Shown piece by piece: positions 38,929-47,796 of a DNA stretch of 64,000 nt (position 1 is its first letter; each line of letters starts with the position of its first letter). The stretch lies in contig CAWBMP010000005.1 in assembly GCA_963790025.1 (NCBI GenBank), positions 512,001 through 576,000 of the forward strand, given 5' to 3'. The notes under the pieces were generated by a model that searched no databases, had not been told where the DNA came from, and saw only the letters and a list, made by a program, of their open reading frames with translations. Source of the DNA: Nitrospirota bacterium. GTDB taxonomy: Bacteria; Nitrospirota; Thermodesulfovibrionia; Thermodesulfovibrionales; Dissulfurispiraceae. Made by a program: the position numbers and the translations under genes.

Positions 38929-39681
38929 CTATCCCGGGCCGTCCGCCGCATAGAGTGCCGCACCCAGCGCGCCGAGCAGATCCGGATGTTCATTCACCCG
39001 GAGGCTGCACTGCAGGCGGGCTTCCATCATTTTAACCAGACACTGATTCCTTGCGCACCCACCGGCAAATACTATGTCTTCATTGATTCCGATCCTTTTT
39101 ATCAGTGAAGTGACCTTGCTCACTATCGAGCCGTGTACTGCATTTGCTATTGTTTCCCTTTTTTCCCCCCTCGCAATGAGGCTTATGACCTCCGATTCCG
39201 CAAAGACTGTACACATGCTGTTAATCCTGATACCGTCATTCATGCCGTCGCATCCCGAGCCGAAGTTTTCCAAATTGTAACCAAGGGCAATCGCCATAAC
39301 TTCAAGAAATTTCCCGGTACCGGCCGCACAGCGGTCATTCATTTCAAAACTGCCCACAGCGCCAAGCTTATTGAGACTTATAGCCTTGGTATCCTGGCCG
39401 CCTATGTCTATAATTGTCCGGCATGCCGGGAATATCTCTTTGGCCCCCCTAGCCACCGCCTTTATTTCCGTAATAGTCCTGACGCTGCCGTGTACTTCAA
39501 GCAGATACCTCCCGTAACCCGTGGCAACAAGCTGTTGTGGTCTGGCGCTGTTGATCAAATCCTGGCATATTGCAAGGGGGGCATGACCGGTCTCCACTTT
39601 TTGAAATGACAGAAGTTCGTTATCTTCAATCAGGACAAATTTTATATAGCGTGAACCGATATCGATGCCCCCTGTTTTCAA
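38929..39681 (-). CDS. HgdC/BadF-type ATP-dependent [4Fe-4S] activase
   Basis: GIDIGS, ATGYGR, DIGGQDTK, MNDRCAAGTG, SMCTVFAESE. Confidence 0.93.
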   Translation of the reverse strand: MKTGGIDIGSRYIKFVLIEDNELLSFQKVETGHAPLAICQDLINSARPQQLVATGYGRYLLEVHGSVRTITEIKAVARGAKEIFPACRTIIDIGGQDTKAISLNKLGAVGSFEMNDRCAAGTGKFLEVMAIALGYNLENFGSGCDGMNDGIRINSMCTVFAESEVISLIARGEKRETIANAVHGSIVSKVTSLIKRIGINEDIVFAGGCARNQCLVKMMEARLQCSLRVNEHPDLLGALGAALYAADGPG

Positions 39682-39685
39682 GGCC

Positions 39686-40969
39686 TTACACTTCCGGCAA
39701 TGTTTCAAGAAATGCTTCGATTCTGGTCTTCAACTGCCCCATGTCTTCCATGCTGTAGTCGGTCTCCATTCTGAGAAAAGGGATCCCTTTGGCTTCCACC
39801 GCTTTTTTAGCCCTGTATGCCTCAACCATATAGGGGGTGCAGAACTGAAGAGCGTAATGAATGACGCCATCTGCCTTCAGTCTGTCCGCCATGTCTGTAA
39901 TATTTGTCATACGTTCGTTATTGGGAGTAAAGCAGGCGCAGTCTATTGTCATGTACCTGGCAGCCATTTTTTCAACTGCATCCTCCATAGAAGAAAAGTT
40001 ATTATCGAGAAGTGTCCTGAAGTTTCTCTCTCCCACGCAGGATTCCTCGCCGACTACAGTGGCCCCGCTTCCTTCGATAATTGCGTGTAATTTCCAGTTG
40101 GGGATTGCCATAGGGGAGCCGGAAATGAGTATTCGCGGACTGCCCTTGGATAATATACCGACCCCCGATTTGACTCTACTTGACAGTTCGTCGCACAGTT
40201 CATTGACCTTGGCCGTAAACCGGACAGGGTCATCATAAAATGAGACCTGGTTCACTAGAAGTGCATCGAGCCCTGATATGGGAGATGGATCAGCGGCCCT
40301 CAGGGACGAAAGTCTTTGAAGGGCCTTTCTCTTTTCATTGACGATGTTTGACGCGGCCTTTAATTTGTCCACGGTTATTTGTTTGCCTGTCAACTCCTCA
40401 AGTTTTTCGGCAAATCGTCTTACCTCATTCTTCCAAAGTCTTCTTCCGTCTTCACCCTTCATATTAGGTATTTCCATTACATACATCTTCCCGGTAATTT
40501 CATCAAAAATCTCGTAGGCCTTTTTTTTCCCGTCACACGTAGTTTCTCCCACTATAAGATCGGTTGTCTGGATATAAGGGCAAAGGCCGGCCAGTTTAAA
40601 GCCCATAAATCCTTTTATGAGCGCACAGGTGTTTCTCGGTATGTATTTTTCAGCCTCATCCGACCCGACGTCTGCACCTGCACAAAGGCCGATACACACC
40701 CCGTCTACGGCAAGTATCAGCTCTTCAGGCACATACAAACAAAAGGTCCCGATCACCTTGCTGCCTTTTTCCTTTGCATTGACTATCTCTTCAATCCTCA
40801 AACCGTGAACTTCCGAAATAACGAAATCAAAATAACCCATTCCCTGAGGGCGGTTTTTTTGCGAAAGGTAAATGCCCTTGTAAGCATCGGTAAGCACCGA
40901 TAGCAAGCCGTTGTGAGCTTCAAGATTGATTCCCAGGCCGCTCCACATGTCTGCGTAGTTTTTTGTCAT
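39686..40969 (-). CDS. double-cubane cluster protein / 2-hydroxyacyl-CoA dehydratase family reductase
   Basis: GTFCLYVPEE, GLCAG, NTCALIK, CPY, ETTCDGKKK, EESC, IDCACFTPN, QFCTPY. Confidence 0.85.
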   Translation of the reverse strand: MTKNYADMWSGLGINLEAHNGLLSVLTDAYKGIYLSQKNRPQGMGYFDFVISEVHGLRIEEIVNAKEKGSKVIGTFCLYVPEELILAVDGVCIGLCAGADVGSDEAEKYIPRNTCALIKGFMGFKLAGLCPYIQTTDLIVGETTCDGKKKAYEIFDEITGKMYVMEIPNMKGEDGRRLWKNEVRRFAEKLEELTGKQITVDKLKAASNIVNEKRKALQRLSSLRAADPSPISGLDALLVNQVSFYDDPVRFTAKVNELCDELSSRVKSGVGILSKGSPRILISGSPMAIPNWKLHAIIEGSGATVVGEESCVGERNFRTLLDNNFSSMEDAVEKMAARYMTIDCACFTPNNERMTNITDMADRLKADGVIHYALQFCTPYMVEAYRAKKAVEAKGIPFLRMETDYSMEDMGQLKTRIEAFLETLPEV

Positions 40970-41031
40970 AATCACATCCTCCTTTTGTTTTTTCCCCGTT
41001 ACCCTTCAATCATATATGTTAAATGGAGTTT

Positions 41032-41050
41032 ATCTATTTGTAAAATAGAT
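41032..41050. promoter_or_regulatory. palindromic operator candidate
   Basis: ATCTATTT-GTA-AAATAGAT about 60 bp upstream of the reductase ATG. Confidence 0.4.
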
Positions 41051-41214
41051 TGTTCCTATGACCAATATAAATTGCATAGATTTTTGATAAGGGGGGAGAT
41101 TTTCGATTGTGAAGACTGATTAGGACACTTCAGGAAACCAAATTATTACTCAAATCCGGCGATAAAGGAGAGCACTTGAGCAGAAGAGGGACCTCCTTAT
41201 CGCCGGATTTGAGT

Positions 41215-41448
41215 TCAGCGGAGGTTTATCTTTCCGCCGCATACCTGTCCTCCAATGGACACAAGAATAAAAAGCGGAATAAAAAGATAACTGGTATGGG
41301 TAGTGATCCTGGCGACAATGATCATTGGGATCGGCATGTGAATGTATAAAAACCATTTAAACGAATACTTTTTGGTACTCTTTCTTATATAACCGAAAGG
41401 AAGATTCAGGATAAAGGCAAATGCCGCTATGATTATGACAGTCGACAT
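41215..41448 (-). CDS. small membrane protein
   Basis: 77 aa, NLPFGY..WFLYIHMPIP, hydrophobic. Confidence 0.7.
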   Translation of the reverse strand: MSTVIIIAAFAFILNLPFGYIRKSTKKYSFKWFLYIHMPIPMIIVARITTHTSYLFIPLFILVSIGGQVCGGKINLR

Positions 41449-41472
41449 GGCTTAATAGTATAAAAAAAAGCA

Positions 41473-41611
41473 TAGGCAAGGGGCAATAGCGTTCAACGTC
41501 AACGGCAAAAGACATTTAATAAGAAACTTGCGAGCAATAATCCGCACATTTTTAATATGTCTTTATTTTTACGCTGTGCGCTGAACACAGTACGCCTATT
41601 GCCTATTGCCC
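41473..41611. repeat. intergenic inverted-repeat element, same core as 36047..36158
   Basis: Core CGGCAAAAGACATTTAATAAGAAACTTGCGAGC...TTTTACGC aligns by eye with 36071..36141. Confidence 0.75.
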
Positions 41612-41637
41612 GATGTATTTAGTATGCTTTGTATAGT

Positions 41638-42786
41638 ATGCGTACGCTTAATAGTGGAAAAACACCGCCTGTAAAGCGATTTTTGTATGCGGTTTTGTTC
41701 ATGCCTCTTGCTTTGCTGGTTGCCCTTTTTACAGTGATTGCGTCGCAGACGTATGCCGCTGACAATGCCCCGGGTCAGGCCGATAATCAATCAGGTAAGG
41801 AGCGAACGGCCACGCTGCGTGTGGGCAAGCACGCACATTACTTGCGGCTTGTTTTCGAGACGCCGGAAAACTATGTGCAACAGGCTTCTGTTGTTCTGAC
41901 AGGTGCTGATACAATTAAAGTCGATTTTCGGTCTCCGATAAATATCAGGGTCCCACAGAAAGGTGCGCCGAAGACGTTCGCTAAAATTGACCCTTCAAAA
42001 AACGGCACGGCTTACGAAATTGATAATGGCCTGAAAATAACGGTTAACGCAAGCGATTGTGTTATTTATGTCGACAACCTGGTCGACATAAACGTTGCCA
42101 AATTATCGTTGCCGTCGCGTCTTGTTATAGACGCATACATAAGTCGGTCTCCAGCCGACGGCGGCAAGAAGGATGCCGTGGAAGCCCCGGTTACCGATCC
42201 TGACGCCTCGGAAATCAAATTTGAATCCTTTGCAATTGATGCCGGCCACGGAGGATACGATAGCGGGATTCGTTTTGCAAAGACCACCGAAAAAGACCTT
42301 GCATTTTCTATTTCAAAAGAACTTGCCGGGGCCCTGGTTAAGAAGGGCAAAAAAGTTACTCTTACACGCAAGGGTGACCAGGTAGTATCGCTAAGGGACA
42401 GGGCCAGAATCGTCAACAGGAAATCACCGGATATTATGGTAAGCATTCATGTCTCGTCAAAAAATGAGTTTGTGGTATACAGTGTACGCGGTCCATATGC
42501 TAAAGTTACCGACGGTACGGGAACTGTTGCTGAAAAACCTGCCGGCAAGGACAGGAGCGAGGCCCTTGCGCAGGCAATTGGCCGGAGTGCCGCGAGAGCG
42601 CTTAAAATAAATGTTAGAATTGAAAAGATGCCGCTGCTGTTGCTATCATATGTACACGCGCCTGCTGTGTTGATCGAGCTGCCCAGTCCTGAAAAGTTCA
42701 GCTATGATGGAAAGTCCAGGGAAAGAATGATCGCCATAATTTTGCAAGGCATTGCGTACTCGTCGTCAGGCCAGGTGCAGGCATAA
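41638..42786 (+). CDS. N-acetylmuramoyl-L-alanine amidase (Amidase_3)
   Basis: IDAGHGG..EKD..LTR..SIH..LIE. Confidence 0.88.
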   Translation: MRTLNSGKTPPVKRFLYAVLFMPLALLVALFTVIASQTYAADNAPGQADNQSGKERTATLRVGKHAHYLRLVFETPENYVQQASVVLTGADTIKVDFRSPINIRVPQKGAPKTFAKIDPSKNGTAYEIDNGLKITVNASDCVIYVDNLVDINVAKLSLPSRLVIDAYISRSPADGGKKDAVEAPVTDPDASEIKFESFAIDAGHGGYDSGIRFAKTTEKDLAFSISKELAGALVKKGKKVTLTRKGDQVVSLRDRARIVNRKSPDIMVSIHVSSKNEFVVYSVRGPYAKVTDGTGTVAEKPAGKDRSEALAQAIGRSAARALKINVRIEKMPLLLLSYVHAPAVLIELPSPEKFSYDGKSRERMIAIILQGIAYSSSGQVQA

Positions 42787-42803
42787 GATATCGGAGGCCG
42801 GCA

Positions 42804-43412
42804 ATGGATAAGATAAAATATTTTTTAATTGGGTTGCTTCTCCTTGTCGTTGCTTCGGCATCAGGCTGGTTTGTAACGAAGTCCTTTATATCTACGGCCC
42901 GGCAGTTTAAACAACCATTGATTGAACTCAAGAGAGAAACTGCTGTCAACACCGGTGTGCCGGCTGCCTTGAGTAATGACGCAGTTGCCGTCAAAATATT
43001 TCTCTCTGCCGATGAAGGGGAGGGGATAACAGTTGAGGAGCTTAAAATTCGGAACAACCCTATTCCTGTTAAAATGGCCGAGGCTATAATGGCTGAATAT
43101 CTTAAGGGGCTGAAATATGGACTGAAGGACACGAAATTGCTTGGGATCTACCGTGATAAGAGGAGTATTATTTACATTGATTTATCGGAGGAGTTCAGGA
43201 AGAACTTTTCAGGCGATGTCAAACAGGAATATTCACTTTTGAAGTCTCTCTATGAAACAATTACCGTGAATATTCCAGGGACAGAGGACGTGCGGGTGCT
43301 GATTGATGGTAAAGAGGTCGAAAGCATAGGAGGCCACTTTAGTGCCTTATATCCTTTGGGGGACACAGTGAGGGACGATCTCCAGCAAACAGCAGATCAA
43401 AAACCAGGTTAA
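42804..43412 (+). CDS. GerMN domain protein
   Basis: TM anchor, IYIDLSEEF, VRVLIDGKEVESIGGH; between amidase and murI. Confidence 0.8.
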   Translation: MDKIKYFLIGLLLLVVASASGWFVTKSFISTARQFKQPLIELKRETAVNTGVPAALSNDAVAVKIFLSADEGEGITVEELKIRNNPIPVKMAEAIMAEYLKGLKYGLKDTKLLGIYRDKRSIIYIDLSEEFRKNFSGDVKQEYSLLKSLYETITVNIPGTEDVRVLIDGKEVESIGGHFSALYPLGDTVRDDLQQTADQKPG

Positions 43413-43450
43413 AGGTAAAAGGTCTTTTAACCTTTTACCCTTAGTTTATT

Positions 43451-44251
43451 ATGAATAGCAACGAACATCCTATTGGCATATTCGATTCCGGAATCGGTGG
43501 GCTTACCGTCCTGAAAGAGGTGAGCAGCCTTTTGCCTGGCGAAAATATTATCTATCTCGGTGATACGGCACGCGTCCCTTACGGCACAAGGTCACCTGAA
43601 ACAGTAATGCGGTATTCGTTTGAATGCACCGAATTTCTTCTGAAGCAGAATATTAAACTTCTTGTCGTTGCCTGCAATACGGTTTCAGCAATAAGTTTGC
43701 AGGAGATTTGCAAAAGGGTTTCTATTCCGGTAATCGGGGTCATCGGGCCGGGCGCCAGGGCCGCTGTCAGTGCTACAAAAAATAAAAAGATAGGTATAAT
43801 AGGGACTGAGACAACGATTAAAAGCAGCGCATATTCAAAAGCCATAAAGGCTATGGCGCATGACATGGAGATTTATGGAGTTGCATGTCCCCTCTTTGTG
43901 CCTCTTGTGGAGGAGGGATGGACGGAAGGCGTTATAGCCCGTATGGTGGTGGAACGATACCTCACTGCAATAAAAGATAATGGTGCGGATACCCTTTTAT
44001 TAGGATGCACGCATTATCCCCTCCTGAAAAAAGTGATCCAGGAGGCGATGGGCGATATACGCCTGGTCGACTCCGCTATCGAGACGGCCCTGGCGGTAGA
44101 GCAACTGCTGGGTGAGAAGGAAATGCCGGCTTTGAACAAAGAGGCCGGAGCAAGGAGATTTTTTGTTACGGACTCCCCTGAAAAATTCATATCAGTGGGC
44201 GAACGTTTTCTTGAAACAAAGATCGATACTATAGAAAAAATACAAATATAG
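43451..44251 (+). CDS. murI: glutamate racemase
   Basis: FDSGIGG, ACNT, LGCTHYP. Confidence 0.97.
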   Translation: MNSNEHPIGIFDSGIGGLTVLKEVSSLLPGENIIYLGDTARVPYGTRSPETVMRYSFECTEFLLKQNIKLLVVACNTVSAISLQEICKRVSIPVIGVIGPGARAAVSATKNKKIGIIGTETTIKSSAYSKAIKAMAHDMEIYGVACPLFVPLVEEGWTEGVIARMVVERYLTAIKDNGADTLLLGCTHYPLLKKVIQEAMGDIRLVDSAIETALAVEQLLGEKEMPALNKEAGARRFFVTDSPEKFISVGERFLETKIDTIEKIQI

Positions 44252-44261
44252 ACGCTTACAG

Positions 44262-44323
44262 AGTTCAGCATACTGCGTTCAGAAACACGACAGCTCAGAA
44301 CGCTGAACGCAGTACGCTGAACT
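44262..44323. repeat. short heptamer-arm inverted repeat
   Basis: AGTTCAGCATACTGCGTTCAG...CTGAACGCAGTACGCTGAACT. Confidence 0.7.
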
Positions 44324-44340
44324 TTTTTGTTGGAGGTTGA

Positions 44341-45051
44341 ATGAGGCCTGACGGACGGACTAAGGATGAACTGAGGAAAGTAAAAATAACGAGAAATTTT
44401 ATTCCCGCTGCCGAGGGGTCGGTGCTTATCGAAGTAGGCAATACAAAAGTGATTTGTACTGCGACGATTGAGGACAAGGTCCCTCCTTTTCTCAGGGACC
44501 AGAAAAAAGGGTGGGTAACCGCTGAATATGGCATGCTCCCCAGGTCTACGCAGACACGGATGACGAGGGAATCTTCAACCGGACGTGTCGGAGGCAGGAC
44601 GCAGGAAATACAGCGTCTGATCGGAAGGTCCTTGAGGGCTGTAGTGGCCCGGGAACTGCTCGGTGAGCGAACGGTCTGGATGGACTGTGATGTCATACAG
44701 GCTGATGGCGGGACAAGGACCGCTTCGATTACCGGCGCTTATATCGCGTTCAGGGATGCTATGGAGTATGCCTTAAGAAATAGAATTATCTCAAAAAACC
44801 CTCTTGTGGATGGCCTCGCCGCGGTCAGCGTAGGCATTGTCGATAATGAGGCGCGTCTCGATCTCTGTTATAAAGAAGATGCCCTGGCAGAGGTGGATAT
44901 GAATGTTGTCATGACGGGCAGCGGTAAGATAGTCGAAATACAGGGTACCGCTGAGGCCGGCGCTTTCTCCAGGGAAATGCTCGACGATATGCTCTCGCTG
45001 GCGGAGAAAGGTATCTCCGAATTAATATGTATACAGAAAGAAACACTTTAG
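44341..45051 (+). CDS. rph: ribonuclease PH
   Basis: [35 protein letters not shown]. Confidence 0.97.
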   Translation: MRPDGRTKDELRKVKITRNFIPAAEGSVLIEVGNTKVICTATIEDKVPPFLRDQKKGWVTAEYGMLPRSTQTRMTRESSTGRVGGRTQEIQRLIGRSLRAVVARELLGERTVWMDCDVIQADGGTRTASITGAYIAFRDAMEYALRNRIISKNPLVDGLAAVSVGIVDNEARLDLCYKEDALAEVDMNVVMTGSGKIVEIQGTAEAGAFSREMLDDMLSLAEKGISELICIQKETL

Positions 45052-45074
45052 GGGAAATATGGTAGAATAGAAAA

Positions 45075-46934
45075 ATGCAGGGGAAAGATATGTATAAGAG
45101 CTTGTTTGTCTGGCTGCTCATCGGAATGGCAATGATTCTGCTTTTCAACCTCTTCAACGTGCCTCCCAAAGCCGAAAAGGAAATGATATTTTCCGATTTT
45201 ATCAGCAAGGTAGAGGCGGGGGAGGTCGATGAAGTTACGATAAAGGAGAACCATATAACGGGACGTCTGAAGGACGGTAACAAATTCAGAACGTATGCGG
45301 TGGAGTATCCTGATCTGGTGAAAGAATTAAGACTGAAAGATGTCAAGATAACGGCCAAGCCGCCTGATCAAAATCCGTGGTATGTCAACTTTTTCTTCTC
45401 CTGGGGACCGATCATATTCCTGGTACTTGTATGGATATTTTTTATGCGGCAGATGCAAATGGGCGGTAATAAGGCCATGTCTTTCGGAAAGGCGAAGGCA
45501 AAACTGGTTTCCGACAAGGCGGTCAAGGTTACCTTTGCCGATGTAGCCGGTGTGGAAGAAGCCAAAGCCGAGGTTGAGGAAATCATCGAGTTTCTCAAGG
45601 ACCCTCAAAAATTTTCCAAACTCGGCGGAAAGATCCCCAAAGGCGTTCTGTTGGTCGGTTCTCCCGGCACCGGCAAGACGCTTCTCGCCAAAGCCATTGC
45701 TGGTGAGGCAGCAGTGCCGTTTTTTTCCATTTCGGGTTCGGATTTTGTCGAAATGTTTGTCGGTGTGGGCGCCTCTCGCGTACGCGACCTCTTTGAACAA
45801 GCCAAAAAGAATGCACCTTGTATTATATTCATTGACGAAATTGACGCTGTCGGCAGGCACAGGGGGGCCGGTCTCGGCGGCGGTCACGATGAGCGGGAGC
45901 AGACCCTGAACCAATTGCTCGTTGAAATGGACGGTTTCGAAGGGAACGAGGGTGTGATTATTATCGCGGCCACAAACAGGCCTGATGTCCTTGACCCGGC
46001 GCTTCTGAGGCCAGGGAGATTTGACCGGCAAATAGTCGTGCCGACCCCGGACGTGAAAGGGCGTATTGAGATACTTAAAGTGCATACAAAGAATATTCCT
46101 GTATCCGAGAACGTCAATCTCGATAAGATTGCCAGGGGAACACCGGGATTTTCCGGCGCAGACCTTGCAAATCTTGTGAACGAGGCGGCGCTTATTGCTG
46201 CACGAAAAGTGAAGGATAAAGTCGATATGTCTGATTTTGAGTTTGCAAAAGATAAGGTATTGATGGGTGTTGAAAGGCGGAGCATGGTAATAAGCGACAC
46301 CGAAAAGAGAAATACCGCTTATCATGAAGCGGGTCATGCACTGGTTGCCAAATTAACGCCCGGCACGGATCCCATACACAAGGTGAGTATTATCCCGAGG
46401 GGAAGGGCACTTGGAGTCACCCAGCAGCTTCCTATCGACGACCGCTACACTTATTCAAAGGACTACCTTGAGAAAGCCCTGAATATACTTATGGGCGGAA
46501 GGGCTGCCGAGGAGATTGTATTGCACCAAATGACAACTGGTGCGGGCAACGACATCGAGCGGGCCACTGAACTGGCGAGAAAGATGGTTACAGAATGGGG
46601 TATGAGCAGGAAGCTTGGTCCCCTTGCCTTCGGCAAAAAGGAAGAGCAGATATTCCTCGGACGCGAGATAGCCAGACACAAGGATTATAGTGAAAAAACG
46701 GCTGAGGACATTGACGAAGAGGTACGCGGTATTGTTACCAATGCCTATGTGACGGCGAAGAAGATATTGGAAGAGAACCTCGATCTCCTTGAGGCCCTTG
46801 CACAGTCACTCCTTGAGAATGAAACGGTCGATGCCCAGGATATCGATGCCATTATCGAAAAGGTCAAACCTGGAAGCGCTGACGGGAAGAGCGAAGTGGT
46901 CCCCCCATTGGGAATTGTTGCCGGTAACGCGTGA
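45075..46934 (+). CDS. ftsH: ATP-dependent zinc metalloprotease FtsH
   Basis: [20 protein letters not shown]. Confidence 0.98.
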   Translation: MQGKDMYKSLFVWLLIGMAMILLFNLFNVPPKAEKEMIFSDFISKVEAGEVDEVTIKENHITGRLKDGNKFRTYAVEYPDLVKELRLKDVKITAKPPDQNPWYVNFFFSWGPIIFLVLVWIFFMRQMQMGGNKAMSFGKAKAKLVSDKAVKVTFADVAGVEEAKAEVEEIIEFLKDPQKFSKLGGKIPKGVLLVGSPGTGKTLLAKAIAGEAAVPFFSISGSDFVEMFVGVGASRVRDLFEQAKKNAPCIIFIDEIDAVGRHRGAGLGGGHDEREQTLNQLLVEMDGFEGNEGVIIIAATNRPDVLDPALLRPGRFDRQIVVPTPDVKGRIEILKVHTKNIPVSENVNLDKIARGTPGFSGADLANLVNEAALIAARKVKDKVDMSDFEFAKDKVLMGVERRSMVISDTEKRNTAYHEAGHALVAKLTPGTDPIHKVSIIPRGRALGVTQQLPIDDRYTYSKDYLEKALNILMGGRAAEEIVLHQMTTGAGNDIERATELARKMVTEWGMSRKLGPLAFGKKEEQIFLGREIARHKDYSEKTAEDIDEEVRGIVTNAYVTAKKILEENLDLLEALAQSLLENETVDAQDIDAIIEKVKPGSADGKSEVVPPLGIVAGNA

Positions 46935-47767
46935 TTCTCTCCTGGAACGGTTTCAACCTGAATTTTACCGATAAAACCCATATTATGGGCGTGCTTAATA
47001 TTACCCCTGATTCATTTTCCGACGGGGGTGTTTTCTTCGATAGTCAAAGCGCAGTGCGGCACGCCCATTACCTTATAGACAACGGCGCCGATATTCTTGA
47101 TATCGGAGGGGAGTCCACGAGGCCTGGCGCTGCGGCTGTGCCGCTCGAGGAAGAGCTTAAGCGGACTATTCCCGTTATACAGGCCGTTGCGAGGTCGGCG
47201 CAGATTCCTATTTCTATTGATACCTACAAGTCTGAAGTGGCCCGTCGTGCGCTTGATGCAGGTGCATCCATAGTTAATGATATAAGCGGTCTGAGGTTCG
47301 ATCCCGAAATGCCTAAGGTCGTGGCTGAATATGGAGTGCCCGCTATTGTAATGCATATTAAAGGGACCCCGAAAAATATGCAGGAGCGTCCTGTCTACGA
47401 GGCGCTGATTCCGGAGATCATGGATTATCTTCGATACAGCATCATGCTTGCCGCTGATTCAGGTGTTCCATCAGACAGGATCATTATCGACCCCGGCATC
47501 GGGTTCGGAAAGACCTTTGACCATAACCTTCAGATTATCAGTAACCTGAAAGAATTTACCTTGCTCGGCAGGCCGGTTGCAATCGGCGTGTCGCGGAAGG
47601 CGTTTATCGGGAAATTGTTGTGCGGCGCTCCTTCTGATGCCCGGATAGAAGGTACTGCGGCTGCAGTGGCAGCTTCGATTCTCAACGGCGCGGATATTGT
47701 CCGTGTCCACGATGTCCGTGAGATGGCAAAGGTTGTCAAGGTTGCCGATGCAATAAAGCGGGCATAG
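46931..47767 (+). CDS. folP: dihydropteroate synthase
   Basis: [35 protein letters not shown]. Confidence 0.97.
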   Translation: MILSWNGFNLNFTDKTHIMGVLNITPDSFSDGGVFFDSQSAVRHAHYLIDNGADILDIGGESTRPGAAAVPLEEELKRTIPVIQAVARSAQIPISIDTYKSEVARRALDAGASIVNDISGLRFDPEMPKVVAEYGVPAIVMHIKGTPKNMQERPVYEALIPEIMDYLRYSIMLAADSGVPSDRIIIDPGIGFGKTFDHNLQIISNLKEFTLLGRPVAIGVSRKAFIGKLLCGAPSDARIEGTAAAVAASILNGADIVRVHDVREMAKVVKVADAIKRA

Positions 47768-47796
47768 CACACTACATTGAAAAGGAGAAACAACCC

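Noticed and set aside
45327..46337. 336-aa antisense ORF within ftsH, and similar long antisense ORFs in secA and pilT
   Set aside because: Typical reverse-frame shadows of conserved genes.
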